A DNA stretch of 64,000 nucleotides from an uncultured delta proteobacterium (GTDB taxonomy: Bacteria; Desulfobacterota; Binatia; Binatales; Binataceae), in NCBI GenBank assembly GCA_963814035.1, contig CAWFBH010000018.1:57397-121396 (forward strand), given 5' to 3'. How positions within the stretch are numbered: the stretch's first letter is position 1; each line of letters begins with the position of its first letter. Under the pieces are notes generated by a model, which was not told where the DNA came from, did not search any database, and was given only the letters and a program-made list of their open reading frames with translations. This document shows, piece by piece, positions 50,796 to 61,450 of this stretch. The position numbers and the translations under genes are program-made.

Positions 50796-50972
50796 GTGTT
50801 CTTCCTGGCGAAAACTCTCGAAGCGATTGGCTGTGTCGATGTGCTGTTCGCATTGTATGTCGGCATTACCCAGCCGCACGGGATGGGGCGTGAGTTCGAG
50901 ATTACCGGGGTCGGGATTCTGATTTTCATGGTGGGCGTGGCGATCGAGCGTTACTTTGGCGAGCAACTATAA
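50796..50972 (+). CDS. 58-aa two-TM peptide inside the bc operon
   Basis: GTG start, FFLAKTLEAIGCVDVLFALYVGIT...GVGILIFMVGVAIERYFGEQL; fills the gap. Confidence 0.65.
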   Translation: MFFLAKTLEAIGCVDVLFALYVGITQPHGMGREFEITGVGILIFMVGVAIERYFGEQL

Positions 50973-51015
50973 AAGATTTCGGCGGAAGGTTCGTTCCGTG
51001 GCAGGTGTGAAGTAG

Positions 51016-53925
51016 ATGGCTGGCAGACCGGGACTCGATCCCATCGAAGAGGGGAAATCGTTCAGCGCGCTTTTCGTACTCATGATCGCCGTGCTGCTGG
51101 TCAGCGCAATCTGGGCAATCTGGGACGACAATATTTCGCGCCGGCCGTGGAAGGAATACCAGGTCGAGTTCGATCGCCTCGCCTACAACAAGTACATGAA
51201 GGATGTCGCCGATGAGCAAAAGAAGCTCAACGACAATCCCGAATACGTGAAGGACGAAAAGGACCTCACCGAGGCCGAGCGCCAGCTCAATTCCGGCGAG
51301 ACTCAGCGCAAGCTCGATGAGCTCAAGGCCTCGGAAGTCAACCTTAAGAACATCGCCGACGACAAAGACCAGGCGGTCCGCTTCACCAAGTCGATGCTCA
51401 CCGAGCGCATGTATGACTACAATCATGCGATCCAGGTCAAGGAAGATGCGGCCCCAATCTGGAGCGACATTCAAAAGCTCCAGAAGGAACTTAACGGTGA
51501 AAATGCCGCCTCCGACAAGGCCAAGAAGGATCTCCAGGACGTTAAGGACGAGGTCGACAAGATCAATTCCCAGGTCACCGACCTGACCGACAAGCTGAAG
51601 GTTCTGACCAAGACCCGCGACGACCTGACGGACAAGGCCGACACCTACATGATCCCGATCAAGTTCATGGGCCGGGTCATCGCGCGCTATCCCAAAATTC
51701 CCAAGATTCAGCAGACCGCCATCGATGACTTCGATCGCAACGCCTTCGACGAGGCTATCGCGCGGGTCGATCGATGCCAGAGCTGCCACATGGGCGCCGA
51801 TAAAAAGGGCTTCGAAAATGCGCCGCAGCCATTTCGCACCCATTCGAATTTCGACGCCATCATCTTGAAGCATCCGCCGGAGAAAACGGGTTGTACTCCT
51901 TGCCACGAGGGTCAGGGCCCCGCGGTTAATTCGGTTGCGATGGCGCATGGCAACGAGGAGCATTGGGATCATCCGCTGCTCCAGGGCGAGGAGATGCAGT
52001 CGCGATGCATCACCTGTCACATCGACGTCGGGTCGCTGCGCAACAAGGAAGGCAATCAGATCGCGATCAATTGGGTCGATGGCGAGCGCGACTTCCAGCA
52101 GCTCGGCTGCCCCGCCTGCCATCTTGTGGCCGGCTATGAAGACATGCCCAAGATCGGTCCCTTCTTGAAATTGGCGTCGGCCAAGCTCGATCCGTCATGG
52201 ACCGTGCGGTGGATCACCGATCCACACATCTTCCGGCCGCATACTCGGATGCCGAACTTCATGTTCAGCACCGAACAAGCCACGCAGGTTGCCTCCTACA
52301 TCCTGAGTAGCTCGCAGAAGGACGGCGACGAGTGGAGCAAGGCTCATCCGGAGCCTGCCGATCTCCAGGCCGCGCTGACCAATGCGGGCATGATCGAGGA
52401 AGGCAAGGGCCTCTTCGAATCAGTCGGATGCAAAGGCTGTCATGCGATCGAACCGGATGCATACGGCTCGCCGGTCGGCTCCGCTGTGGACTTCAAACCG
52501 AAGGAAACGCGAACCACCAAAGACTTCGCGCCCAATCTCGACAACATCGCCGAGAAGACCGACGCGCGATGGGTCTGGTGGTGGATCAAGGATCCGACCA
52601 ACTATGCGGCGCATCCCGCGATGCCGTCGCTGCGCCTGAATGATCACGAAGCCCTCGCGCTGACGTCATTCCTGATGACGCACGGTCAAAAGAAGGAAGA
52701 TCCGGGCGTCGAGGTAGCGCTGAAGGATCCGGCGAACATCCAGAAGGGCGAAGCGCTGGTGCGCAAATACGGATGCTTCGGTTGCCACGAGATCAACGGC
52801 ATGGAGCATGAGTCGCGCATCGGCGTCGAGCTCAGCACCGAAGGCTCCAAGCACGTCGACGAGTTGTTCTTCGGCAACCATACCGACATCGCCGAGACGT
52901 GGAACGCCTGGATTTACAATAAGTTGAAGAATCCGCGCACCTACCAGACCAAAGATGTCGAGCAGGTGATGCCGAACTTTGACTTGCAGGACACGGACAT
53001 CAAGAACCTGCGGACGTTCATCGCCAGCTTGCATGAAGGCAAGGTACAGGAACGTTATCGCGCCCCGGGCACCGCGCGGCAGGAACAGATCGTGATGGGC
53101 CGGCGCGACGTGAACTATCGTAATTGCGTCGGATGCCACATCATCGAGAATCGCGGAGGTTACATCCGGCGCTTCTATCCTGCGGATCAGCTCAACCTCG
53201 CGCCGCCGATCCTCAATGGCGAGGGCGCCAAGGTGCAGCCGGAATGGCTTTTCAGCTTCCTGCAGGCCCCGACCCCGATCCGGCCGTGGCTCAAGATCCG
53301 GATGCCGACCTTCCACGTTGATAACCATGAAGGTGACACGCTGGTTGACTATTTCACGGCGATGGCCGACCTCCAGGTGCCATTCGTGTACCTCAATACG
53401 AATCTGTTCCCGGCGATGGATTTGGACGCCGGCGCGAAGTTGATGTCCAAGGACTACTTCAACTGCTTCAGTTGCCATCAGCAGGGCGACAAGCATCCGG
53501 AAGGTCCGCCCGAAGGATGGGCGCCCGATCTGGGCCTCGCGCATGCGCGCCTCAACCCGGATTGGATCCCGCTATGGCTGAAGGACCCGCAGGCGATTCA
53601 GCCCGGCACCAAGATGCCGTCGTTCTACCCGGGTGGTCCCGACGACATCCTTAAGGGCAACGAGGAAGAACAGCGCAAAGCGATTCGCGACTACATCTTC
53701 TGGTTCGGCACGCATCCCGGACAGACGCTGCCTTCGCAGGTAGCGAGCCCTGCCGCGGCGCCCAAGCCGTCGGCACCCGAGAAGAAGCAGAAGGTGAGCG
53801 AGCAAAACAAGGTTTTATCAGGAATTTCGTCGGATAACCGGAGGAAAATCAGCAATGAAACGTTTGGCAAAGGTCGCCACGGCATGCGCAGCGGTGGCTC
53901 TCGGATTGACTTTCAGCGCCTATAG
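51016..53925 (+). CDS. Membrane-anchored octaheme cytochrome c with coiled-coil stalk (3' end uncertain)
   Basis: N-terminal TM, long coiled coil, 8 CxxCH motifs (CQSCH, CTPCH, CITCH, CPACH, CKGCH, CFGCH, CVGCH, CFSCH), repeated MP axial-ligand motifs. Confidence 0.92.
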   Translation: MAGRPGLDPIEEGKSFSALFVLMIAVLLVSAIWAIWDDNISRRPWKEYQVEFDRLAYNKYMKDVADEQKKLNDNPEYVKDEKDLTEAERQLNSGETQRKLDELKASEVNLKNIADDKDQAVRFTKSMLTERMYDYNHAIQVKEDAAPIWSDIQKLQKELNGENAASDKAKKDLQDVKDEVDKINSQVTDLTDKLKVLTKTRDDLTDKADTYMIPIKFMGRVIARYPKIPKIQQTAIDDFDRNAFDEAIARVDRCQSCHMGADKKGFENAPQPFRTHSNFDAIILKHPPEKTGCTPCHEGQGPAVNSVAMAHGNEEHWDHPLLQGEEMQSRCITCHIDVGSLRNKEGNQIAINWVDGERDFQQLGCPACHLVAGYEDMPKIGPFLKLASAKLDPSWTVRWITDPHIFRPHTRMPNFMFSTEQATQVASYILSSSQKDGDEWSKAHPEPADLQAALTNAGMIEEGKGLFESVGCKGCHAIEPDAYGSPVGSAVDFKPKETRTTKDFAPNLDNIAEKTDARWVWWWIKDPTNYAAHPAMPSLRLNDHEALALTSFLMTHGQKKEDPGVEVALKDPANIQKGEALVRKYGCFGCHEINGMEHESRIGVELSTEGSKHVDELFFGNHTDIAETWNAWIYNKLKNPRTYQTKDVEQVMPNFDLQDTDIKNLRTFIASLHEGKVQERYRAPGTARQEQIVMGRRDVNYRNCVGCHIIENRGGYIRRFYPADQLNLAPPILNGEGAKVQPEWLFSFLQAPTPIRPWLKIRMPTFHVDNHEGDTLVDYFTAMADLQVPFVYLNTNLFPAMDLDAGAKLMSKDYFNCFSCHQQGDKHPEGPPEGWAPDLGLAHARLNPDWIPLWLKDPQAIQPGTKMPSFYPGGPDDILKGNEEEQRKAIRDYIFWFGTHPGQTLPSQVASPAAAPKPSAPEKKQKVSEQNKVLSGISSDNRRKISNETFGKGRHGMRSGGSRIDFQRL

Positions 53926-54559
53926 CGCGAACGCAGCCGGCGGAACCATCAGCGGCACCGTCAAGTATGACGGCACGCCTCCCGCGCCCAAGACCGTCGA
54001 GGTCACCAAGGACAAGGAAGTTTGCGGCCTGACAAAGCATGTCAACGAGGACCTGCTGGTCTCCAGCGACGGCGGCATCGCAAATGCCGTGGTCGTCGTC
54101 AAGGGCGCCAAGGGCGACTTGAAGCCGGAAACCGTGACCTTCAATCAGAAGGGCTGCCGTTACGATCCCCATGTCCTCGCGTTCCCGGCCGGCAGCACCG
54201 TCAAGATCATGAATGACGACGGCATCCTGCATAACATCCACACCTACTCGACCGTCAATCCTTCCTTCAACGCGGCACAGCCGAAGTTCAAGAAAGAAAT
54301 GGATAAGGTGGTCGAGAAGCCGGAAGCCATCAAGGTCACCTGCGATGCGCATGGCTGGATGCACGGATGGTGGGTCGCGACCGACACCCCGTACTTCGCC
54401 GTTACCGACGACAAGGGCAACTACACCATCAAAGATGTTCCGGCGGGCAACTATACTGTCGAGGTATGGCAGGAGAAGCTCGGCACTGCGGATGAGAAGG
54501 CGGACGTGAAGGACGGCGGTTCCTCGACCGTCAACTTTTCGATGAAGCCCAAGAGCTGA
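53855..54559 (+). CDS. Exported cupredoxin-like protein with carboxypeptidase-regulatory-like domain
   Basis: Signal peptide, HNIH and CDAHGWM (amicyanin-like C-x2-H-x2-M type 1 Cu spacing), VTDDKGNYTI. Confidence 0.8.
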   Translation: MKRLAKVATACAAVALGLTFSAYSANAAGGTISGTVKYDGTPPAPKTVEVTKDKEVCGLTKHVNEDLLVSSDGGIANAVVVVKGAKGDLKPETVTFNQKGCRYDPHVLAFPAGSTVKIMNDDGILHNIHTYSTVNPSFNAAQPKFKKEMDKVVEKPEAIKVTCDAHGWMHGWWVATDTPYFAVTDDKGNYTIKDVPAGNYTVEVWQEKLGTADEKADVKDGGSSTVNFSMKPKS

Positions 54560-54586
54560 TCGCAGCTGCGATATTGTTCGCTTAGG

Positions 54587-54622
54587 CAGGCGCCGGATTC
54601 CTCCGGCGCCTGTTTCATTTTT
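54587..54622 (+). terminator. Intrinsic terminator
   Basis: CAGGCGCCGGA/TCCGGCGCCTG stem followed by TTTCATTTTT, between convergent operons. Confidence 0.8.
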
Positions 54623-54647
54623 CCCTCTCCCGCTGCTGGCGCGGCAG

Positions 54648-56111
54648 CTACTGCACGCGAGCGTCGAAGTAGGCGGTCTCGATGTGGCCGGCGCGCTTGA
54701 ACTGCAGGAAGATGCGGTAAAGCCCCGGCTTCGGAAAGCCATAGGGCATCGAGAGTTCCGGCGCGATCTTCTCGGTCGGCATTTTCATCTCGGCCATTGA
54801 TGCCGACCCCGGGCTGTCGGCGCTCGCCATCATCATCGAAGCCATCGAGGCTGAGCCCGAGGGATGGATGTGCGCGAACACGCTCAGGTCATCGCGAATG
54901 ATCTCCGCATGCGCCGCCATTCCCATGTATGGTTCCAGATCATCTGCAGGCGCGCCGCTTTTATCCCGCACTTCGAACTCCAGGATCATTGGAACGTTAG
55001 CCTTGAGCGGCGCGCTGTCGCGTTTCCAAATCAGCTGCGTGCCGTCGGCGAGTATCGAGGTCGTCGTATCGCTCGTCGGCGTCAGGGCCGCAGCGATTCC
55101 TTCCGAATCGTCGCCATGCATCGCGGGTCCCGCGACCGCCGGCAGATCGACAGCTCCAACCAATGTCCACGGGAATCCGTACTTATCGACGACGTCTGCG
55201 AAGACCTCATAGTGGCCCGCCTCCATCGAGGGCAAATCCTTGTCGAAGGTACCCCTCTCGGTGCGATCCGGATGTAGATGCCAGAGGCGATCGAATCCCG
55301 GCGTCCGCAGCAGGAATAGATGCATGATGTGGCCGTGGTCGGGGATCAGAGCCTCGACGCTTTCGTTTTTAAGCCAGATCTCATCGCTCGGGCGGATTGA
55401 TAGTCGATTGCCGTCCAGAGTCGCCGCGCACTTCGGCGATCGGTAAAACTTCGCGAGGGTCGCATAGGCGTTCGCGTCGGCATTCCACCATGTGAATGCT
55501 CCCCAAAAAATCAGTCCGACCAGCACCGTCGTAATCGCCATCGCGCGCCAGCCACGGCGACGGTATGCGGATGAAACTTCCGCACCGGGTGCGATGCGCG
55601 ATTCGCGAGCCGCAGCGCCTACGATCGAGATCGCGCCGATTGCGAGGCCAATCGCCAGCACCAGCAGCAAAGCGCCGAGTGCTTTCGGCATCAGGAGAAT
55701 GGCCTGCCCGAACGATGCGACCGGCACCGACAGCTCGGCGGGGCCGCGCGTGCCTTTCACGTTGAGGAGGACACGCAACGATCCGTATTCCATCAGCCAT
55801 AGGCTCGAGGTGAAAAATCGCGGGTCGGTCTTCGATTGCTTCGCGACATCGGGAACCGGCACGTACTTCGAGCCGGCGCCGGTCAGTCGCGCGACCGCGG
55901 TGGTGATCTCGCGCACATCGTCGGAGTTGGTGCGAACCTCAACTTCCGCGACGCCCGGAATTACTTGCGGCACTCGTATTGTGACGAAGAGATGATACGG
56001 TCCGGCGTCGCCCTCATAGAAGACATCCGGGCTGCCGACATGCGCCGATGCTGGATGCGCGGACGCGATCAGCATCATCAGGACCGCGAGAAATGTGAGC
56101 CGCCGCTTCAC
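54648..56111 (-). CDS. Exported, membrane-anchored His/Met-rich putative copper/metal-binding protein
   Basis: Signal peptide ending ASA-HVGS (N-terminal His), two TMs, DHGHIMHLF, WHLHP, YMGMAAH, FAHIHP, Met-rich tract. Confidence 0.7.
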   Translation of the reverse strand: MKRRLTFLAVLMMLIASAHPASAHVGSPDVFYEGDAGPYHLFVTIRVPQVIPGVAEVEVRTNSDDVREITTAVARLTGAGSKYVPVPDVAKQSKTDPRFFTSSLWLMEYGSLRVLLNVKGTRGPAELSVPVASFGQAILLMPKALGALLLVLAIGLAIGAISIVGAAARESRIAPGAEVSSAYRRRGWRAMAITTVLVGLIFWGAFTWWNADANAYATLAKFYRSPKCAATLDGNRLSIRPSDEIWLKNESVEALIPDHGHIMHLFLLRTPGFDRLWHLHPDRTERGTFDKDLPSMEAGHYEVFADVVDKYGFPWTLVGAVDLPAVAGPAMHGDDSEGIAAALTPTSDTTTSILADGTQLIWKRDSAPLKANVPMILEFEVRDKSGAPADDLEPYMGMAAHAEIIRDDLSVFAHIHPSGSASMASMMMASADSPGSASMAEMKMPTEKIAPELSMPYGFPKPGLYRIFLQFKRAGHIETAYFDARVQ

Positions 56112-56124
56112 GTTCGAGCTCGAG

Positions 56125-57328
56125 CTAACGCTGAACCTTGCGCATCCAGTTTCCGAGGGCCATTCCGATCGAGCAAAAGATGATTGCGGTTATGAGGGCC
56201 GCCGCCATCCCGCCGTAGAAGGCCGCCTGGGTCTTGTCCATCCGCGCGAAATGATACGGGTTGTAGAGGACGTTTGCGGCATCGAAGTAACCGAAGTAGG
56301 TGGTCCCGAAGATGCGATTGCGTGCAAGCGGCGACATCAGAAAATCCGCAAACGGCCACTGCGCCGCGATGAAGACCGCGAGGTACACGCATCCCGCCGC
56401 GATGGCTGATTTCAAGTTGCCCCATCCCTCGCCCAGGCGATGACGAAGGAGGTCGAGGGCGAACGCCGGCACGATCAGCAGGGTCGGGAACCATAGCGGA
56501 ATCATATGCGTGATGTGCTGGTAAACCGGACCGAGCTTCGGCTCGGCGGGGAACAGCGGGAAAATCCACAGGAACGCGAGGAAGCCCGCGGTGTAGATCG
56601 CCGCCATCGTAGTCGCCGGCCACTTCGATTTCGAAACGCACGAAAGCGCCATCAGCACGAGGGGAAAGGTGCTCGCCATCGTGCGATAGAACTCGCTGCT
56701 ATGCATCAGGCCGACCCACGTCGATTCAAGCGCGAAGAGCGCCGCGCCGAAAACCTCGACCCCGCCAACGTAGAGCAACAGGCGGTCTAGCTTCCGCTGG
56801 TACTCTCCCGAGGCGCGATTGAGTTGCGCGCACACCAGCACCATCGCGCCGAGGCTGATCATCGCCTCGCCAATCGCGAGCATCGAATGAGGCAGGCTGA
56901 CGATTTTCACGTCGAGGCCGTAAGCGTTATGCCACCAGTTGTCGAACGGCGCCGAGGTCAGCATCGCGAACGCGCCCCACGTCGCGATGAAACATCCGAG
57001 CGGTCCGCGAAAGCCCCAGATCGAGACCGACTGATCTTTCATCTCGCGCGAAGAGCCGAAGGTCGTGGCGAGGATCGCATAGCCGCATGAGATGCCGGCC
57101 AGCACTCCCGCGAGGTAGACCATCATGTGCGCGGGGGTCCAGAAGGTGTCGCGTCCGATCGAGATGTGCCACGAGATATCCCAATACCCGCCGAACGCGT
57201 CGGAGGTCACCGCGGCAGCGAGGCACCATACGTACCACGGGATCGAGGCGACTTGCGCGCGTCGTCGATGCGCGCTCTGCAGCGCGGCTCTCGCGGCCGA
57301 TCGTGATTGGAAAGGCGGCGTTTCCCAT
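56125..57328 (-). CDS. Polytopic membrane protein with two D-x3-H-x12/13-H motifs; 5' frameshift
   Basis: WDISWHISIGRDTFWTPAH and FDNWWHNAYGLDVKIVSLPH, many TM segments, GAGGTG RBS before the ATG at 57328. Confidence 0.8.
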
Positions 57329-57354
57329 AAACACCTCGCGAGAAATAGAAACGA

Positions 57355-58182
57355 TCAGCGCTCCGATTTCCACTCCACGATGACATCAGAGTTTAGCGCA
57401 TCGACGACAATTTGTGGTGCAGGCGCGAGGCTGCAGTTATGTCCGCTCACGCACTTGCCGGTCGCGATGTCGAATTTGAAATCCATGCCACGGGCATTCG
57501 ATGATGCCGTCGGTCACCGTCGCGGTGCCGAGCGGCCCCAGCGTATGCGGGCATACGGTGGCATGCGCGAGGAATTTTCCATCCAGTCTCGACGATGCGA
57601 AATCGTCGCCCGCGTTCCTCGATCGTCATCGGCAACCGCATGCGAACCTGATCGAGCGGACCGAGCACGCGGCGTGATGACGACCATTCTGGAGCGCGCG
57701 TCTTTATTGCGTCGAGTTGCGCCTGGCGGCCCGACATCATTTCGACATCTTCATCGTAGAGTCGCGTATAGAGAGCTTTGGAGGAGTTGAAGACCTCGGA
57801 TGCACGATCCGCCGCGAGGCCGGGAGCGAAAAAATCCACCACGATATGGGTCTCGCGATCGCCGACCGGAAACGCATGCGTCCAGACTTCGTTGCCGCGG
57901 CCGGGACCATCCAGCGTCGAGGTGATCCAGCGGCGGCAATCGCGATCGAGCTTCAACATCGATGATGAACATGCGGCGCTCCTCGTAGGGCTGCGACCAC
58001 ACGCGCGCGCGAAAACCCCATTCGCCCGCCTCAATACATTCGATGCGCGCGAAACTGGTCCGATGCAAATATGGTAGATGCTCCCAGTCGATCGCGTTTT
58101 CATAGAGGCGCTCGACGCTGACCGGAAGTTCGCGCCGATAGGTACCGAGGTGCGGGACCTTTCTGTCGAGAGCCTCATTCAT
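57355..58182 (-). CDS. Rieske oxygenase-like protein: non-heme Fe (SRPBCC) domain N-terminal, Rieske domain C-terminal; frameshifted
   Basis: ENAIDWEHLPYLH and EDVEMM, then CPHTLGPL...ECPWHG after frame correction. Confidence 0.75.
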
Positions 58183-59739
<1,557 letters not shown>

Positions 59740-59791
59740 TCATTCCGAAGGCTGGTGTAGATAAACATCTATCGCTAGAACTGATGACATC

Positions 59792-60154
59792 ATGATCAAA
59801 CGTTTCGACCGCCTCGATGTGGCGACCGGCGACCTCAGCGACGCGGCCTCGATTTACGAAAAGAATTTCGCTTTCAAAGTCACCCGCTCCGCAGAGCAGG
59901 CGTCGGTGACGATTGGCGGCGCGGAGATCAGGCTCGCATCGGGCGCCTCCGCTGCCGATGCTATCAAGGCGAATGGCGAGGGGATGTTCGGCTTATGGCT
60001 GGAGGCGGACGACCTCGATGAGGTTGTCGCATCGCTTAAGCGCGCAGGCATTGCGACCGGCGCGATCAAGAAGGAAGCGGGGCAACGCATCCTCGCGGTC
60101 GATCCGAAGATCGCGAGTCAGGTTCCGCTGTTCATCTTCGATCGGAAGGCTTAG
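59792..60154 (+). CDS. VOC/glyoxalase family protein
   Basis: FDRLDVATGDLSDAASIY, GEGMFGLWLEADDLD. Confidence 0.75.
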   Translation: MIKRFDRLDVATGDLSDAASIYEKNFAFKVTRSAEQASVTIGGAEIRLASGASAADAIKANGEGMFGLWLEADDLDEVVASLKRAGIATGAIKKEAGQRILAVDPKIASQVPLFIFDRKA

Positions 60155-60160
60155 CGCCAC

Positions 60161-60256
60161 TCATGCGAGTTCGGCGCGGCGGTGAGTCAGGACGATCGCG
60201 GGGCCAACCGTGATCGCAATCGTCGTCAGCAGCGTGCCGCGCTTCGATTCTCCCAT
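60161..60256 (-). CDS. Possible 31-aa peptide
   Basis: GGGGAGGG RBS, MGESKRGTLLTTIAITVGPAIVLTHRRAELA, downstream of plsC. Confidence 0.3.
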   Translation of the reverse strand: MGESKRGTLLTTIAITVGPAIVLTHRRAELA

Positions 60257-60295
60257 GATGCTTCCCTCCCCAGGACTATGTCGATCGACCGGCCG

Positions 60296-61105
60296 TCAGA
60301 GTTCCGGTACGAACGCTGAGCGCACCGCTTCCTCGAGCTGATGAGTCAGCGCTTCGCGGTCGCCGCTCTTCGCGCGCTCGCCGGGTACGGCGGGCATAAT
60401 CGGAGGCAGCAAAGTCATCCGCATCCGGCCACCGGCCTGCGGAACGATCGCCTTGCGCGGGAAGAATGCGCCCGAACCGCTGATGGCGAGCGGGACGCAG
60501 GGCAGTTTCGCCATCGTCGCGAGCCATGCCGCGCCTTCGTTGAATTCGTGGACCTGGCCATCGTTAAAACGATGGCCCTCGGCGAACACGCAGATGGGAT
60601 AGCTGCCCTTGCGCGCCGCGTCCAGCGCGTGACGAATCGAGCGCCCGCCGCCCTGCCGATCGACGATGACGTGGCCGTTTTGCACCATCGCGTAGCCGAC
60701 CACGGGAATTTTGAGCAATTCCTTTTTTGCGACGAAGCGCGTCTCGCCGGGCAGATATGCCAGCACTGCAAAAATATCGAAGAAGCTCTGATGGTTGGCG
60801 ACCAGCACGTAGGATTTCAGCCCGCGAAGGTTTTCGAGGCCTTCGACCTCGACCTTGACGCCGCAGGTGACGATGATCATTCGCGCCCACACGCGCGAGA
60901 CGACGCAAGCCATGTGATGGAAGCCGAGGCGGGCAAAGATACCAGCCAGCGGAGCAGCGATGGCCGTATACACGAGTCCCATCGCCGAGCCGACGGCACC
61001 CCAGATTGATTTCAGCATGCGTGCAGGTGCGGGGTTCTGGATCCTGGTCGCTTCAACGTGATTGGCCATCGCGGGTATTTGAGCGGTCTGGTTGCGCATT
61101 ATCAA
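60296..61105 (-). CDS. plsC: 1-acyl-sn-glycerol-3-phosphate acyltransferase
   Basis: ANHQSFFD, FVAKKEL, FAEGHR motifs. Confidence 0.88.
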   Translation of the reverse strand: MIMRNQTAQIPAMANHVEATRIQNPAPARMLKSIWGAVGSAMGLVYTAIAAPLAGIFARLGFHHMACVVSRVWARMIIVTCGVKVEVEGLENLRGLKSYVLVANHQSFFDIFAVLAYLPGETRFVAKKELLKIPVVGYAMVQNGHVIVDRQGGGRSIRHALDAARKGSYPICVFAEGHRFNDGQVHEFNEGAAWLATMAKLPCVPLAISGSGAFFPRKAIVPQAGGRMRMTLLPPIMPAVPGERAKSGDREALTHQLEEAVRSAFVPEL

Positions 61106-61221
61106 GCCCGCAGATCACGCTTGAAGGCGCCTCTCGTTGACACTGCCACATAGCGTTGATTGAATGGAGACAACGAATTTTATCGCGCTTGGCTTTGAGA
61201 ACGCATATCTGAGAGGGGCGA

Positions 61222-61407
61222 ATGGAACAAATCAGCGGACTCCAACAGTTCATGGGTATCGTTACCCAGCCGGACAACATCCCCATCATGGCGATGATGC
61301 TGCTGGTGCTGTTCTTCACCTATCTCGGCTTGAAGCAGGCGCGGCGCAACGATCAACTGATTGAGCGCGGCCAGCGCGACAAGATCATCGAAGAGATGCG
61401 CAAGTAG
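61222..61407 (+). CDS. 61-aa single-TM protein (PDNIPI motif)
   Basis: GAGGGG RBS, IVTQPDNIPIMAMMLLVLFFTYLGLKQARRNDQLI. Confidence 0.8.
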   Translation: MEQISGLQQFMGIVTQPDNIPIMAMMLLVLFFTYLGLKQARRNDQLIERGQRDKIIEEMRK

Positions 61408-61450
61408 GTTCACCGGATTCGTCGCCATACCGAATCGAAAGGTCTAACTG

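Noticed and set aside
54648-57328. Calling this a true pmoCAB/amoCAB operon
   Set aside because: There is no PmoA homologue, and the similarity I can see is limited to metal motifs and topology.
172-58182. Frameshifts in the ABC genes, CoA-transferase, murE, murD, ftsW, murB, ftsQ, ftsA, ftsZ, SDR and Rieske gene as pseudogenisation or programmed frameshifting
   Set aside because: They hit essential genes, all catalytic motifs are intact and there is no shared slippery signal. Sequencing or assembly indels explain them best.
57355-58182. This Rieske protein as the missing bc-complex iron-sulfur subunit
   Set aside because: No Tat/TM anchor, no disulfide-forming extra Cys (CTHLGC/CPCH), ferredoxin/oxygenase-type motif, and opposite strand.
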